Shown here piece by piece: positions 1 to 9,654 of a DNA stretch of 64,000 bases (position 1 is its first letter; each line of letters begins with the position of its first letter). The stretch covers positions 9,424,001 to 9,488,000 of the forward strand of contig OZ059899.1 of assembly GCA_964057225.1 (NCBI GenBank). The letters run 5' to 3'. The translations under genes and the position numbers were made by a program. The notes under the pieces were generated by a model, which saw only the letters and a program-made list of their open reading frames with translations, did not search any database and had not been told where the DNA came from. Origin of the DNA: Auanema rhodensis. Taxonomy: Eukaryota > Animalia > Nematoda.

Positions 1-2139
1 AGAGATATACAAGAAGTGCTGAACAAGGTCACTGAACTAGGGTTAAAAATTAAGTTATCTAAATGTTGCTTTGCAGCCACTGAAGTAAAGTTTTTGGGTT
101 TTATAATAGGTAGAAATGGTGTTAAACCAGATCCTGCTAAAATACAGGCTGTTTCCGAATTTCCAAATCCAAGCACAGTTACGGCTGTCAGATCCTTTCT
201 AGGTATGACTAACTATTTTCGACGGTTTATTCAAAATTATGCCGGAATAGCTGAGCCATTGTATAAGTTAACACATAAGGATACTCCTTTTGAGTGGAAA
301 TCGGAACATGCAGACGCATTTAAAACTTTAAAAACATTACTGTGTACTGCCCCTGTACTGAAACCTCCTAAAGCAGACCAACCTTTTGTTATAGAAAGTG
401 ATGGCAGTATGATCGCTGTGGGAGCAGTTTTATTGCAATCAGCAGAGAAAAATTCTCCATTACACCCGATTGCGTTCGCTAGTAGAAAGTTGACTCCAGC
501 GGAACGGAAATATCCTCCTATTGAAGTTGAAGCACTCGGTTTAGTCTTTGCTCTTCAACAATTCCGTACCTATGTATTAGGAGTACCTACCACAGTTATC
601 ACAGATCACCGACCATTAACCAGTTTAATGTCGCGTAAAGATCTCATAGGTAGATTAGCCAAGTATCAACTAATGATACAAGATTTCAACATAAAGATTG
701 AATATCGTCCTGGCAAATTAAACAGTGTCTGTGATGCTCTCTCCAGGTATATAGGAAACGAAGCAAATGACAGTCGTCCTACTAAACCAAAGGACAAAGT
801 AAAACCTGTTGATGCTTTTATTGCTCATATCACAACTATTTCTTCTATTGACCAACTAAATTGTGAAGAAATACGGAAAGTTCAAGCTGGAGTTCCCTGG
901 ATTCGCGAAGCACTTTCTCAAATTAATAATGATAACTGTCCGGCTAATATATCAGACCGGTATGAAGAACGAGAAGGCATATTACATGCAAAACAAGCGA
1001 AAAATTATTTGAAACCATCTATTATTTTGCCTCGTAACGACAAAATAACTGATGTTGTTATCAAGTTTTTTCATGAAGATTCCAAAATTGGTGCACACCT
1101 AGGTATAAATAAAACTACTGATGCGATTCGACGACGATTCTTTTGGACTAATATGGTTCCACAAATAACTGAATTTATTAATCGTTGTACAAAATGTGCA
1201 AGTAGGAAATCTTATCCACACCAATCGTATATTCAACTTATGGGAAGATTTGTTATACCCGAAAAGCCATTTGATCGTATTCATGTAGATATACTAGGTC
1301 CTTTACCTCGCACTAATGATGGACATCGATACATCTTGAGTATTCAAGACGCTTTTAGTAAATGGGGAACAACTTGCCCATTAATAACACAAACGGCTAC
1401 TGAAATCACAAAAGCGTTTGTAATTAGATTTGTTTTCATATATGGACCACCAATGAGTATGATAACCGATAATGGTAGTAGCTTTTTGTCATCTGAATTT
1501 CAAGCTATGTGTAAACAATTTGGAATTAAACACACTACTACGCTACCATATCATAAAAATGCTAATGGACAAGTTGAGAGACTTCATAGAACTTTAGAAG
1601 AAGCTCTATCTTCATTCGTGAATGAACAACAAACTAACTGGGATATACACCTACCTAAAGTTATGTTTGCGATCAATACGTTACCAAACTCATCAACATC
1701 TATTAGTCCATATGTTGTATTATTTGGTCGGGATGCAAGACTTCCTATTGACCATCAATTGCCTGGAAATAATCTTCAAACTGAAGAACCAGCCAATCCT
1801 ACAGAAGATTTTGTCAATAGATCGCTAATACAAAATGAAAGCACATCTAATATAGTAAAAGATAGAATTGAAACATGCACAAAGAAGAATGAACAACGGT
1901 ACAATACACGAAATAGAACACAAAATAAAGAAATTCAGGTTAATGACTTAGTTATGATAAAAGTGAATTCTACTCGAAACAAACTAACACCTTCATTCGA
2001 AGGGCCTTATTTAGTTACAGCAGTTCAAAGATCTTTCGTCGTGGTTCAAACAGATAAAGGAAAAAGCAGAAGAGTACACAAGGACTTCGTCAAACCTTAC
2101 CAACGGACAACATCTATTCCGGTTATCACAATTTCTTGA
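1..2139 (+). CDS. pol: Pol polyprotein, 5'-partial: RT C-terminus, RNase H, integrase
   Basis: The frame is open from base 1 (RDIQEVLNK...), so the GTG at 16 is not the true start. RT motifs: LSKCCF..EVKFLG and FLGMTNYFRRFI. RNase H (~382-747): FVIESDGS..GAVLLQ, PIAFASRKL, ITDHRPL, DALSR. Integrase zinc finger: H(1072), H(1096), CTKC(1186-1197). Catalytic D(1288), D(1468), E(1576), with exactly 35 residues between D and E. GPY motif at 2002-2010. No chromodomain. Confidence 0.96.
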   Translation, partial: RDIQEVLNKVTELGLKIKLSKCCFAATEVKFLGFIIGRNGVKPDPAKIQAVSEFPNPSTVTAVRSFLGMTNYFRRFIQNYAGIAEPLYKLTHKDTPFEWKSEHADAFKTLKTLLCTAPVLKPPKADQPFVIESDGSMIAVGAVLLQSAEKNSPLHPIAFASRKLTPAERKYPPIEVEALGLVFALQQFRTYVLGVPTTVITDHRPLTSLMSRKDLIGRLAKYQLMIQDFNIKIEYRPGKLNSVCDALSRYIGNEANDSRPTKPKDKVKPVDAFIAHITTISSIDQLNCEEIRKVQAGVPWIREALSQINNDNCPANISDRYEEREGILHAKQAKNYLKPSIILPRNDKITDVVIKFFHEDSKIGAHLGINKTTDAIRRRFFWTNMVPQITEFINRCTKCASRKSYPHQSYIQLMGRFVIPEKPFDRIHVDILGPLPRTNDGHRYILSIQDAFSKWGTTCPLITQTATEITKAFVIRFVFIYGPPMSMITDNGSSFLSSEFQAMCKQFGIKHTTTLPYHKNANGQVERLHRTLEEALSSFVNEQQTNWDIHLPKVMFAINTLPNSSTSISPYVVLFGRDARLPIDHQLPGNNLQTEEPANPTEDFVNRSLIQNESTSNIVKDRIETCTKKNEQRYNTRNRTQNKEIQVNDLVMIKVNSTRNKLTPSFEGPYLVTAVQRSFVVVQTDKGKSRRVHKDFVKPYQRTTSIPVITIS

Positions 2140-2709
2140 AGGTAGTTTTTTTTTAACAAAATCAAATTGTTGAAATTTTTTTATTTTATTTTGTGCCATT
2201 TCTGATTGTACCACTTCTTTGTTGTTGATTGATTTTCTCTGAGAAGTCTGCTATTGTTTTACAAAAGTTTGTTTTATTACTCCAACTCTCATTGAGTAGA
2301 TTTTTTTTTTTTCAACATTCTCTTGTGAATCTTGCTATTTTTTTATGCTTAATCATTACTTGTATTCACCTTATGGACATTAGTCATACGGGTTAAACGA
2401 GTTTTCATTTTTTTGTACAGAACGGGCTCGACCTATTCTCAGGGTAACACCGTACCTGTACAACTCGAGAAAATGAACGACTATATCACAGTCGAATGGT
2501 TTAGAAGCAAAGCTCTCGTTTGCAAGCATTTCACTACTCAAGTGAATGGAATAGAATCTACTCGATACTACATTTCGAATTCAACAAACTTGAAGAGACG
2601 ATAGCTAAACTTTCAAATCGTATTGTATACACTTTTTTTTTATCCACTACACCATGATTTTTTTTTCAACACCCAACTATCTTAAAAAGTGAATTAATTT
2701 ATTTTGTTT

Positions 2710-2727
2710 TTGAACGAGGACGTTCAA
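2710..2727 (+). other. Pre-PPT stem-loop TTGAACG-AGGA-CGTTCAA
   Basis: Perfect 7-bp inverted repeat around a CGAGGACG core, a motif common just upstream of the PPT in Ty3/Gypsy elements. Confidence 0.6.
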
Positions 2728-2733
2728 CTTTTT

Positions 2734-2745
2734 AAGGTGGGGGGA
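2734..2745 (+). other. Polypurine tract (plus-strand primer)
   Basis: AAGGTGGGGGGA, preceded by a T-run and immediately followed by TGTCACA. Confidence 0.88.
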
Positions 2746-3126
2746 TGTCACATCTGCAAGCACATGGTAAACATGTGCGCGCTATTCAAATAGCGGGAGC
2801 CTGAACAAGCCCCGCCCACAACATGGGACACACATGGCACTCTTGCTTCTGGCCTAACCCAGATAGGTTGTCTTATAGTCATGTGAGTCTCATCTCTATA
2901 TCATCTATATATATACTCTATTTAATACTTTATTAGATCTCTTTATATTCTTTCTTAATGTAATTCTTATATTGTATTTTCTTGTTATCTGATAATGAAT
3001 CCTTTTCTCTTTAAGTATTTGTCTTAATAAGGAAATCGGGGCGTTCGGGTCTGCCTACCTAAGGAACAAGGTAGAAGTACATATATCTTCCGACCATGAA
3101 AAGACGGGAAGAAACAATATGTAACG
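2746..3126 (+). repeat. 3' LTR (~381 bp)
   Basis: Begins TGTCACAT right after the PPT and ends ATGTAACG (6/8 match to the inverted 5' end), exactly where the array unit resumes. The partner LTR is not in the window, so the right end is inferred. Confidence 0.8.
2760..2915 (+). promoter_or_regulatory. Putative LTR U3 promoter region
   Basis: Several CACATG/CATGTG E-box hexamers, a GC-box GCCCCGCCC (2809-2817) and TATATATATA (2906-2915). Motif-level evidence only. Confidence 0.35.
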
Positions 3127-3463
3127 CTTTAAAACAAACAATAAGAAATAAAATGAAAAAGATTGTTAGATATCCAATTTAAACTTATACATTTACTTCG
3201 ATAAAGAGCCTATTAGATTGAAATTTTATGTCTTACAGTTCTCCAACAGAACAGACTGATCCTGATTTCTCTATGATTACATAAAACTCCCGTTTGATAT
3301 AAAAAAAGGAGAGGAATAACGTTTCCAGGATGTCAAGGATATCGAATCTAGTGATATTGTAGAGAAATGTAATGTGAGCTCCATAGGTTTTCTCCTAATT
3401 TCTCTCATCACAATTGTCTTAGTTTTTTTTCTCATAAGAGTTTCTGAAATCTTAGGTGAACAA

Positions 3464-3873
3464 GGCCGTATATAATTTCCTGGAATTCGAAAGCATTTGG
3501 GATGGAATTTAGAAAGAAAAGAACTAGTTTTTCCTACTTTAAAACAAACAATAAGAAATAAAATGAAAAAGATTGTTAGATATCCAATTTAAACTTATAC
3601 ATTTACTTCAATAAAGAGCCTATTAGTTTGAAATTTTATGTCTTACAGTTCTCCAACAGAACAGACTGATCCTGATTTCTCTATGATTACATAAAACTCC
3701 CGTTTGATATGAAAAAAGAAGAGAAATAACGCTTCTAGGATATCAATGATATTGAATCTAGTGATATTGTAGAGAAATGTAATGTCAGCTCCATAGGTTT
3801 TCTCTTAATTTCTCTCATCACAATTCTCTTAGTTTTTTTTCTCATAAGAGTTTCTGAAATCTTTGTTGAACAA
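3464..3873 (+). pseudogene. Representative tRNA-deleted short unit (retains only tRNA nt 1-5, GGCCG)
   Basis: AACAA-GGCCG is joined directly to TATATAATTTCCTGG, which lies 200 bp further on in long units. Confidence 0.85.
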
Positions 3874-3946
3874 GGTCGCGTGGCGCAATGGATAACGCGT
3901 CTGCCTACGGAGCAGAAGATTATAGGTTCGAATCCTGCCGTGGTCG
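3874..3946 (+). tRNA. tRNA-Arg-ACG: tRNA-Arg(ACG), variant allele C3T+G49A
   Basis: 73-nt cloverleaf with T3-G70 wobble and A49-C65 mismatch. Confidence 0.85.
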
Positions 3947-4891
3947 TAAATTTTTTTCATTTCACTTGTCATTTACAAAAATCGAATTTATCTTCTTCAA
4001 CGATTATTTTTGCAATGTGTCATAAGAATTTCACAGTTGAACAAAACGTTTTTTAAGAAGTTTTTTTGTTGTCAACATATATATTTTGCTGGAATTCAAA
4101 AGCATTTGGGATGGAAATTAGAAAGAAAAGAACTAGTTTTTCCTACTTTAAAACAAACAATAAGAAATAAAATGAAAAAGATTGTTAGATATCCAATTTA
4201 AACTTATACATTTACTTCGATAAAGAGCCTATTAGATTGAAATTTTATGTCTTACAGTTCTCCAACAGAACAGACTGATCCTGATTTTTCTACGATTACA
4301 TAAAACTCTCGTTTAATATAAAAAAAGGAGAGGAACAAGGTTTCCAGGATGTCAAGGATATCGAATCTAGTGATATTGTAGAAAAATGTAATGTCAGCTC
4401 CATAGGTTTTCTCCTAATTTCTCTCATCACAATTGTCTTAGTTTTTTTCTCATAAGAGTTTCTGAAATCTTAGGTGAACAAGGCCGTATAAAATTTCCTG
4501 TAATTCGAAAGCATTTGGGATGGAATTTAGAAAGAAAAGAACTAGTTTTTCCTACTTTAAAACAAACAATAAAAAATAAAATGAAAAAGATTGTTAGATA
4601 TCCAATTTAAACTTATACATTTACTTCGATAAGAAGCCTATTAGTTTGAAATTTTATGTCTTACAGTTCTCCAACAGAACAGACTGATCCTGATTTTTCT
4701 ACGATTACATAAAACTCTCGTTTGATATAAAAAAAGGAGAGGAATAACGTTTCCAGGATGTCAAGGATATCGAATCTAGTGATATTGTAGAAAAATGTAA
4801 TGTCAGCTCCATAGGTTTTCTCCTAATTTCTCTCATCACAATTGTCTTAGTTTTTTTTCTCATAAGAGTTTCTGAAATCTTAGTTGAACAA

Positions 4892-4964
4892 GGCCGCGTG
4901 GCGCAATGGATAACGCGTCTGCCTACGGAGCAGAAGATTGTAGGTTCGAATCCTGCCGTGGTCG
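4892..4964 (+). tRNA. tRNA-Arg-ACG: tRNA-Arg(ACG), consensus allele
   Basis: Acceptor GGCCGCG/CGTGGTC, D-stem GCG/CGC, anticodon stem TCTGC/GCAGA with loop CT-ACG-GA, T-arm GTAGG-TTCGAAT-CCTGC, discriminator G. A box TGGCGCAATGG and B box GGTTCGAATCC. No intron and no encoded CCA. Confidence 0.97.
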
Positions 4965-4968
4965 TAAA

Positions 4969-4975
4969 TTTTTTT
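4969..4975 (+). terminator. RNA polymerase III terminator (T7); an equivalent T7-T8 run follows every tRNA copy
   Basis: TAAA followed by TTTTTTT directly after the discriminator base. Confidence 0.85.
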
Positions 4976-5910
4976 CATTTCACTTGTCATTCATAAAAAT
5001 CGAATTTATTTTTTTCAATGATTTTTTTTTGCAATGTGTCATAAGAATTACACAGTTGAACAAAACGTTTTTTAAGAAGTTTTTTTGTTGTCAACATATA
5101 TATTTTGCTGGAATTCAAAAGCATTTGGGATGGAAATTAGAAAGAAAAGAACTAGTTTTTCCTACTTTAAAACAAACAATAAAAAATAAAATGAAAAAGA
5201 TTGTTAGATATCCAATTTAAACTTATACATTTACTTCGATAAAAAGCCTATTAGTTTGAAATTTTATGTCTTACAGTTCTCCAACAGAACAGACTGATCC
5301 TGATTTCTCTATGATTACATAAAACTCTCGTTTGATATAAAAAAAGGAGAGGAATAACGTTTCCAGGATGTCAAGGATATCGAATCTAGTGATATTGTAG
5401 AGAAATGTAATGTCAGCTTCATAGCTTTTCTCTTGATTTTTCTCATCACAATTGTCTTAGTTTTTTTCTCATAAGAGTTTCTGAAATCTTAGGTGAACAA
5501 GGCCGTATATAATTTCCTGGAATTCGAAAGCATTTGGGATGGAATTTAGAAAGAAAAGAACTAGTTTTTCCTACTTTAAAACAAACAATAAGAAATAAAA
5601 TGAAAAAGATTGTTAGATATCCAATTTAAACTTATACATTTACTTCAATAAAGAGCCTATTAGTTTGAAATTTTATGTCTTACAGTTCTCCAACAGAACA
5701 GACTGATCCTGATTTCTCTATGATTACATAAAACTCCCGTTTGATATGAAAAAAGAAGAGAAATAACGCTTCTAGGATATCAATGATATTGAATCTAGTG
5801 ATATTGTAGAGAAATGTAATGTCAGCTCCATAGGTTTTCTCTTAATTTCTCTCATCACAATTCTCTTAGTTTTTTTTCTCATAAGAGTTTCTGAAATCTT
5901 TGTTGAACAA

Positions 5911-5983
5911 GGTCGCGTGGCGCAATGGATAACGCGTCTGCCTACGGAGCAGAAGATTATAGGTTCGAATCCTGCCGTGGTCG
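5911..5983 (+). tRNA. tRNA-Arg-ACG: tRNA-Arg(ACG), variant C3T+G49A
   Basis: As 3874. Confidence 0.85.
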
Positions 5984-6928
5984 TAAATTTTTTTCATTTC
6001 ACTTGTCATTTACAAAAATCGAATTTATCTTCTTCAACGATTATTTTTGCAATGTGTCATAAGAATTTCACAGTTGAACAAAACGTTTTTTAAGAAGTTT
6101 TTTTGTTGTCAACATATATATTTTGCTGGAATTCAAAAGCATTTGGGATGGAAATTAGAAAGAAAAGAACTAGTTTTTCCTACTTTAAAACAAACAATAA
6201 GAAATAAAATGAAAAAGATTGTTAGATATCCAATTTAAACTTATACATTTACTTCGATAAAGAGCCTATTAGATTGAAATTTTATGTCTTACAGTTCTCC
6301 AACAGAACAGACTGATCCTGATTTTTCTACGATTACATAAAACTCTCGTTTGATATAAAAAAAGGAGAGGAACAACGTTTCCAGGATGTCAAGGATATCG
6401 AATCTAGTGATATTGTAGAAAAATGTAATGTCAGCTCCATAGGTTTTCTCCTAATTTCTCTCATCACAATTGTCTTAGTTTTTTTCTCATAAGAGTTTCT
6501 GAAATCTTAGGTGAACAAGGCCGTATAAAATTTCCTGTAATTCGAAAGCATTTGGGATGGAATTTAGAAAGAAAAGAACTAGTTTTTCCTACTTTAAAAC
6601 AAACAATAAAAAATAAAATGAAAAAGATTGTTAGATATCCAATTTAAACTTATACATTTACTTCGATAAGAAGCCTATTAGTTTGAAATTTTATGTCTTA
6701 CAGTTCTCCAACAGAACAGACTGATCCTGATTTTTCTACGATTACATAAAACTCTCGTTTGATATAAAAAAAGGAGAGGAATAACGTTTCCAGGATGTCA
6801 AGGATATCGAATCTAGTGATATTGTAGAAAAATGTAATGTCAGCTCCATAGGTTTTCTCCTAATTTCTCTCATCACAATTGTCTTAGTTTTTTTTCTCAT
6901 AAGAGTTTCTGAAATCTTAGTTGAACAA

Positions 6929-7001
6929 GGCCGCGTGGCGCAATGGATAACGCGTCTGCCTACGGAGCAGAAGATTGTAGGTTCGAATCCTGCCGTGGTC
7001 G
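6929..7001 (+). tRNA. tRNA-Arg-ACG: tRNA-Arg(ACG)
   Basis: Consensus copy. Confidence 0.96.
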
Positions 7002-7539
7002 TAAATTTTTTTCATTTCACTTGTCATTCATAAAAATCGAATTTATTTTTTTCAATGATTTTTTTTTGCAATGTGTCATAAGAATTACACAGTTGAACAA
7101 AACGTTTTTTAAGAATTTTCTTTGTTGTCAACATATATATTTTCCTGGAATTCGAAAGCATTTGGGATGGAAATTAGAAAGAAAAGAACTAGTTTTTCCT
7201 ACTTTAAAACAAACAATAAGAAATAAAATGAAAAAGATTGTTAGATATCCAATTTAAACTTATACATTTACTTCGATAAAGAGCCTGTTAGTTTGAAATT
7301 TTATGTCTTACAGTTCTCCAACAGAACAGACTGATCCTGATTTTTCTACGATTACATAAAACTCTTGTTTGATATAAAAAAAGGAGAAGAATAACGTTTC
7401 CAGGATGTCAAGGATATCGAATCTAGTGATATTGTAGAAAAATGTAATGTCAGCTCCACAGGTTTTCTCCTAATTTCTCTCATCACAATTGTCTTAGTTT
7501 TTTTTTCTCATAAGAGTTTCTGAAATCTTAGTTGAACAA

Positions 7540-7612
7540 GGCCGCGTGGCGCAATGGATAACGCGTCTGCCTACGGAGCAGAAGATTGTAGGTTCGAATC
7601 CTGCCGTGGTCG
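7540..7612 (+). tRNA. tRNA-Arg-ACG: tRNA-Arg(ACG)
   Basis: Consensus copy. Confidence 0.96.
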
Positions 7613-8560
7613 TAAATTTTTTTCATTTCACTTGTCATTCATAAAAATCGAATTTATTTTTTTCAATGATTTTTTTTTGCAATGTGTCATAAGAATTACA
7701 CAGTTGAACAAAACGTTTTTTAAGAAGTTTTTTTGTTGTCAACATATATATTTTGCTGGAATTCAAAAGCATTTGGGATGGAAATTAGAAAGAAAAGAAC
7801 TAGTTTTTCCTACTTTAAAACAAACAATAAGAAATAAAATGAAAAAGATTGTTAGATATCCAATTTAAACTTATACATTTACTTCGATAAAGAGCCTATT
7901 AGATTGAAATTTTATGTCTTACAGTTCTCCAACAGAACAGACTGATCCTGATTTTTCTACGATTACATAAAACTCTCGTTTGATATAAAAAAAGGAGAGG
8001 AACAACGTTTCCAGGATGTCAAGGATATCGAATCTAGTGATATTGTAGAAAAATGTAATGTCAGCTCCATAGGTTTTCTCCTAATTTCTCTCATCACAAT
8101 TGTCTTAGTTTTTTTTTCTTATAAGAGTTTCAGAAATCTTAGTTGAACAAGGCCGTATAAAATTTCCTGTAATTCGAAAGCATTTGGGATGGAATTTAGA
8201 AAGAAAAGAACTAGTTTTTCCTACTTTAAAACAAACAATAAGAAATAAAATGAAAAAGATTGTTAGATATCCAATTTAAACTTATACATTTACTTCGATA
8301 AAAAGCCTATTAGTTTGAAATTTTATGTCTTACAGTTCTCCAACAGAACAGACTGATCCTGATTTTTCTACGATTACATAAAACTCTCGTTTGATATAAA
8401 AAAAGGAGAGGAATAACGTTTCCAGGATGTCAAGGATATCGAATCTAGTGATATTGTAGAAAAATGTAATGTCAGCTCCATAGGTTTTCTCCTAATTTCT
8501 CTCATCACAATTGTCTTAGTTTTTTTTCTCATAAGAGTTTCTGAAATTTTAGTTGAACAA

Positions 8561-8633
8561 GGCCGCGTGGCGCAATGGATAACGCGTCTGCCTACGGAGC
8601 AGAAGATTGTAGGTTCGAATCCTGCCGTGGTCG
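8561..8633 (+). tRNA. tRNA-Arg-ACG: tRNA-Arg(ACG)
   Basis: Consensus copy. Confidence 0.96.
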
Positions 8634-9581
8634 TAAATTTTTTTCATTTCACTTGTCATTCATAAAAATCGAATTTATTTTTTTCAATGATTTTTTTTTG
8701 CAATGTGTCATAAGAATTACACAGTTGAACAAAACGTTTTTTAAGAATTTTCTTTGTTGTCAACATATATATTTTCCTGAAATTCGAAAGCATTTGGGAT
8801 GGAAATTAGAAAGAAAAGAACTAGTTTTTCCTAATTTAAAACAAACAATAAGAAATAAAATGAAAAAGATTGTTAGATATCCAATTTAAACTTATACATT
8901 TACTTCGATAAAGAGCCTATTAGATTGAAATTTTATGTCTTACAGTTTTCCAACAGAACAGACTGATCCTGATTTTTCTACGATTACATAAAACTCTCGT
9001 TTGATATAAAAAAAGGAGAGGAACAACGTTTCCAGGATGTCAAGGATATCGAATCTAGTGATATTGTAGAAAAATGTAATGTCAGCTCCATAGGTTTTCT
9101 CCTAATTTCTCTCATCACAATTGTCTTAGTTTTTTTTTCTTATAAGAGTTTCAGAAATCTTAGTTGAACAAGGCCGTATAAAATTTCCTGTAATTCGAAA
9201 GCATTTGGGATGGAATTTAGAAAGAAAAGAACTAGTTTTTCCTACTTTAAAACAAACAATAAGAAATAAAATGAAAAAGATTGTTAGATATCCAATTTAA
9301 ACTTATACATTTACTTCGATAAAAAGCCTATTAGTTTGAAATTTTATGTCTTACAGTTCTCCAACAGAACAGACTGATCCTGATTTTTCTACGATTACAT
9401 AAAACTCTCGTTTGATATAAAAAAAGGAGAGGAATAACGTTTCCAGGATGTCAAGGATATCGAATCTAGTGATATTGTAGAAAAATGTAATGTCAGCTCC
9501 ATAGGTTTTCTCCTAATTTCTCTCATCACAATTGTCTTAGTTTTTTTTCTCATAAGAGTTTCTGAAATTTTAGTTGAACAA

Positions 9582-9654
9582 GGCCGCGTGGCGCAATGGA
9601 TAACGCGTCTGCCTACGGAGCAGAAGATTGTAGGTTCGAATCCTGCCGTGGTCG
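9582..9654 (+). tRNA. tRNA-Arg-ACG: tRNA-Arg(ACG)
   Basis: Consensus copy. Confidence 0.96.

Larger units (their letters stand above)
1..3126 (+). mobile_element. Ty3/Gypsy (Metaviridae) LTR retrotransposon, 3' part (5' end lies outside the window)
   Basis: pol domain order RT-RNaseH-integrase, followed by a PPT and a TG-initiated LTR. Array sequence resumes abruptly at 3127. Confidence 0.95.

Noticed and set aside
1099-2214. Short ORFs 1099-1284(-), 1622-1828(+) and 2011-2214(-)
   Set aside because: Shadow frames overlapping the well-supported pol gene, with no recognisable motifs.
2002-2733. Chromodomain or full env gene
   Set aside because: Pol ends ~43 codons after GPY with no chromodomain pattern, and the trailer is too short for env.
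3127-3470. Ty3-style insertion at the Pol III start site
   Set aside because: The junction is 337 bp upstream of the nearest tRNA 5' stub and 747 bp from the next intact gene, not within a few bp of a start site.
3718-3806. Possible compensatory pairing AGGAGA/TCTCCT vs AAGAGA/TCTCTT in the spacer
   Set aside because: Only 6-8 bp of low-complexity sequence, and TCTCTT also occurs in units that keep AGGAGA, so there is no clean covariation.
4892-5062. tRNA-derived SINE
   Set aside because: The tRNA is full length and canonical and terminates 4 nt downstream. There is no A-rich or simple-repeat tail, and copies are tandem rather than dispersed.
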